Source of the DNA: Octopus sinensis | Taxonomy: Eukaryota | DNA length: 37,225 nt | Direction: 5' to 3' | Assembly: GCF_006345805.1 (NCBI RefSeq) | Contig: NW_021835944.1 | Coordinates: 1 to 37,225, forward strand | Part shown: one piece after another, positions 35,341 through 37,225 of the stretch | Numbering within the stretch: the stretch's first letter is position 1 | Layout: the number at the start of each line of letters is the position of its first letter | Program-made: the position numbers and the translations under genes | The notes under the pieces: generated by a model | Told to the model about the DNA's origin: nothing | The model's database searches: none | The model's input: the letters and a program-made list of their open reading frames with translations, nothing else

Positions 35341-36374
35341 ATACTACTGATATTAAGCACAAAAAAATGATAGCTTCATTTTTTGTTTTACGGCATAGAA
35401 TAAACCGATATATTATGGCGGTTCTGTTCGTTTACCACCAAACTAACAGGCTTGTCATGAAAGGCTTTGTAGCCATCGTCCCCAATAGGTTGTGTACCAT
35501 GTGAACAATATATAATTACACCTCAAGGAGATTTGAATCAAATATTACCACGCCACAAATGTCCGCTCGACACGTCCAATCTCCGTCTTCCATTTATTCC
35601 CCATTCCGTATTTAGCATACTTTAATTCATCCTTCCATTTTGTAAGTGTGCATTGTGTTTTTGTGTCTATTTCTAGCAGTTCTCCTTGTAAAAACTCAAT
35701 ACATTCTTTCTTATATTCAATAATATTGAACAAAAGCGGGAAATATATGACGTAAGGAAATCGTGGTTTGGTAAAGATGGGGAGCACATTTGCAATGTTA
35801 ATTCTACTCGGGTTTTTTTATTGTTTAGACAAGGCGTAAAATTTGAGAGATTAGGGAATTGAGAATTGGTAATATTTTTGGTCTTCCATTAGAAATTTTG
35901 GCGGTGCAAGACAAGGGAATTTGGTTGAAGATGGAATAGAAACTAATCCAGGATCCAATCAATAAATCTCTTGGAAAATATATTCATTGGAAGATACCCA
36001 CAGTCTCTTATCATGACATCCCCGTTGAGAATGCTGTGTTTACATAAACAATGGCAGATTCAGTGGAGAAAACATATATTCGAATATAGTTTGTGTGTTT
36101 GTGTGCTTTTACCGAAGTAGGATCATTGAAGAAGTTCCCTTCTACACACGTACGTATCCAAGCTTTCACTCACGCACACACACACACACACACAGAGGAA
36201 TGCGCGCACGCATACACACAATCTCACGCACACATGCATACGTGTGTGGAAATGTAGAAATACGTGTAAATTGTATCATTTATTGCACATTAATTTATGT
36301 ATTATATCTATTATATAAAACATGCTCATGTTATAGATATGAGATAATGCAACATACACACACACGCACATACA

Positions 36375-36405
<31 letters not shown>

Positions 36406-36463
36406 ATATACATACACACACACACATATATATGTTATATTATTATATATATATTATATTTAC

Positions 36464-36518
<55 letters not shown>

Positions 36519-36539
36519 TTATATATACATACCTATATA

Positions 36540-36578
<39 letters not shown>

Positions 36579-36619
36579 GTATATATAATACGGATATATA
36601 TGTATGTGTGTTTGTGTGT

Positions 36620-36890
36620 AAGTGGCTTAAATATTAGGGTATTTGGCAGCGCGTCGTGTCCTTGAGCAAGATACTTTATTTCACGTTGCTCCAGCTGGCA
36701 AAAATGAGTAGTACCTGTTATTCAAAAGGAGACATCCTTGTCACACTCTGTGTCAAGCAGAATCTCCCTGAAAAGTGTGTAAAGGGGTATGCGCGTCTGC
36801 GGAGTACTCAGCAACTTGCACATTAATCTCATGTGCAAGCTGTTCCATTGATCGGATCAACTGGAACCCTCGTTGTAGAAAGCGACGGGG
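36620..36890 (+). mobile_element. Family A SINE with most of the tRNA head internally deleted
   Basis: GTGTCCTTGAGCAAGATACTTTATTTCACGTTGCTCCAGCTGGCAAAAATGAGT..GATCGGATCAACTGGAACCCTCG..GGTGCCA. Confidence 0.8.
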
Positions 36891-36934
36891 TGCCAGGGTT
36901 TATGTCCGTATTTATGTATGCATATGTACTGGGA

Positions 36935-37010
36935 AGGCGAGTAGCCTTGTGTGTAAGGGGTTGCATTCAAGATCACTAAATTATGGGTTCGATTCCCGGA
37001 GCAGGTTTTT
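36935..37010 (+). promoter_or_regulatory. Solitary tRNA-like Pol III cassette or SINE head
   Basis: A-box-like TAGCCTTGTGT (36942), B box GGTTCGATTCC (36986-96) at canonical spacing, then TTTTT. Confidence 0.4.
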
Positions 37011-37225
37011 CGTTGTATTGTTCATTGAATCACTTCAATTTATATTACTTTTGTTGTTGGAGGGAAAAAAAAAACAATTTTGGGTTGTCGGCAGAATGTT
37101 TTACGGCTCCCTACATTCTGAGTTCAAAACTTACTTACAAGAAGGCAGGACGAGGGCACTCCAGCATTAATCATAAGCATTTAATCATGGGACCTGACGT
37201 TCCAGTAATCTACTTACGTCGGCGG

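Noticed and set aside
35545-35787. 80-aa minus-strand ORF (KKECIEFLQGELLEID..FVAW)
   Set aside because: Protein-like composition but weak acceptor, TTG-type start and no recognised family.

Overview
AT-rich eukaryotic intronic or intergenic DNA, most likely from an octopus. This is inferred from the very high density of (TA)n/(CA)n/(TATC)n microsatellites and from several tRNA-derived SINE families that resemble the octopus repertoire as I remember it; no database search was possible. No protein-coding gene can be called with confidence. Nearly all ORFs in the track are translations of microsatellites or SINEs, and only a few short + strand segments with good splice signals are candidate exons. 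I label the repeat families A-E and G from copies visible within the window. The most interesting signal is a set of Penelope-like (PLE) 3'/pLTR fragments carrying type I hammerhead ribozymes. Family G has a canonical CUGAUGA/GAAA core, a palindromic stem III, an unusually long stem II and a compensatory base change between its two copies; one copy sits next to a 91-bp inverted arm. Family E has a minimal hammerhead with a variant core. Other notable structures are two SINE dimers of the same architecture with different junctions, a chimeric SINE, tandem same-strand SINE arrays, solitary Pol III cassettes and a decayed 2A-like peptide motif. All coordinates were counted by hand; repeat boundaries are approximate.
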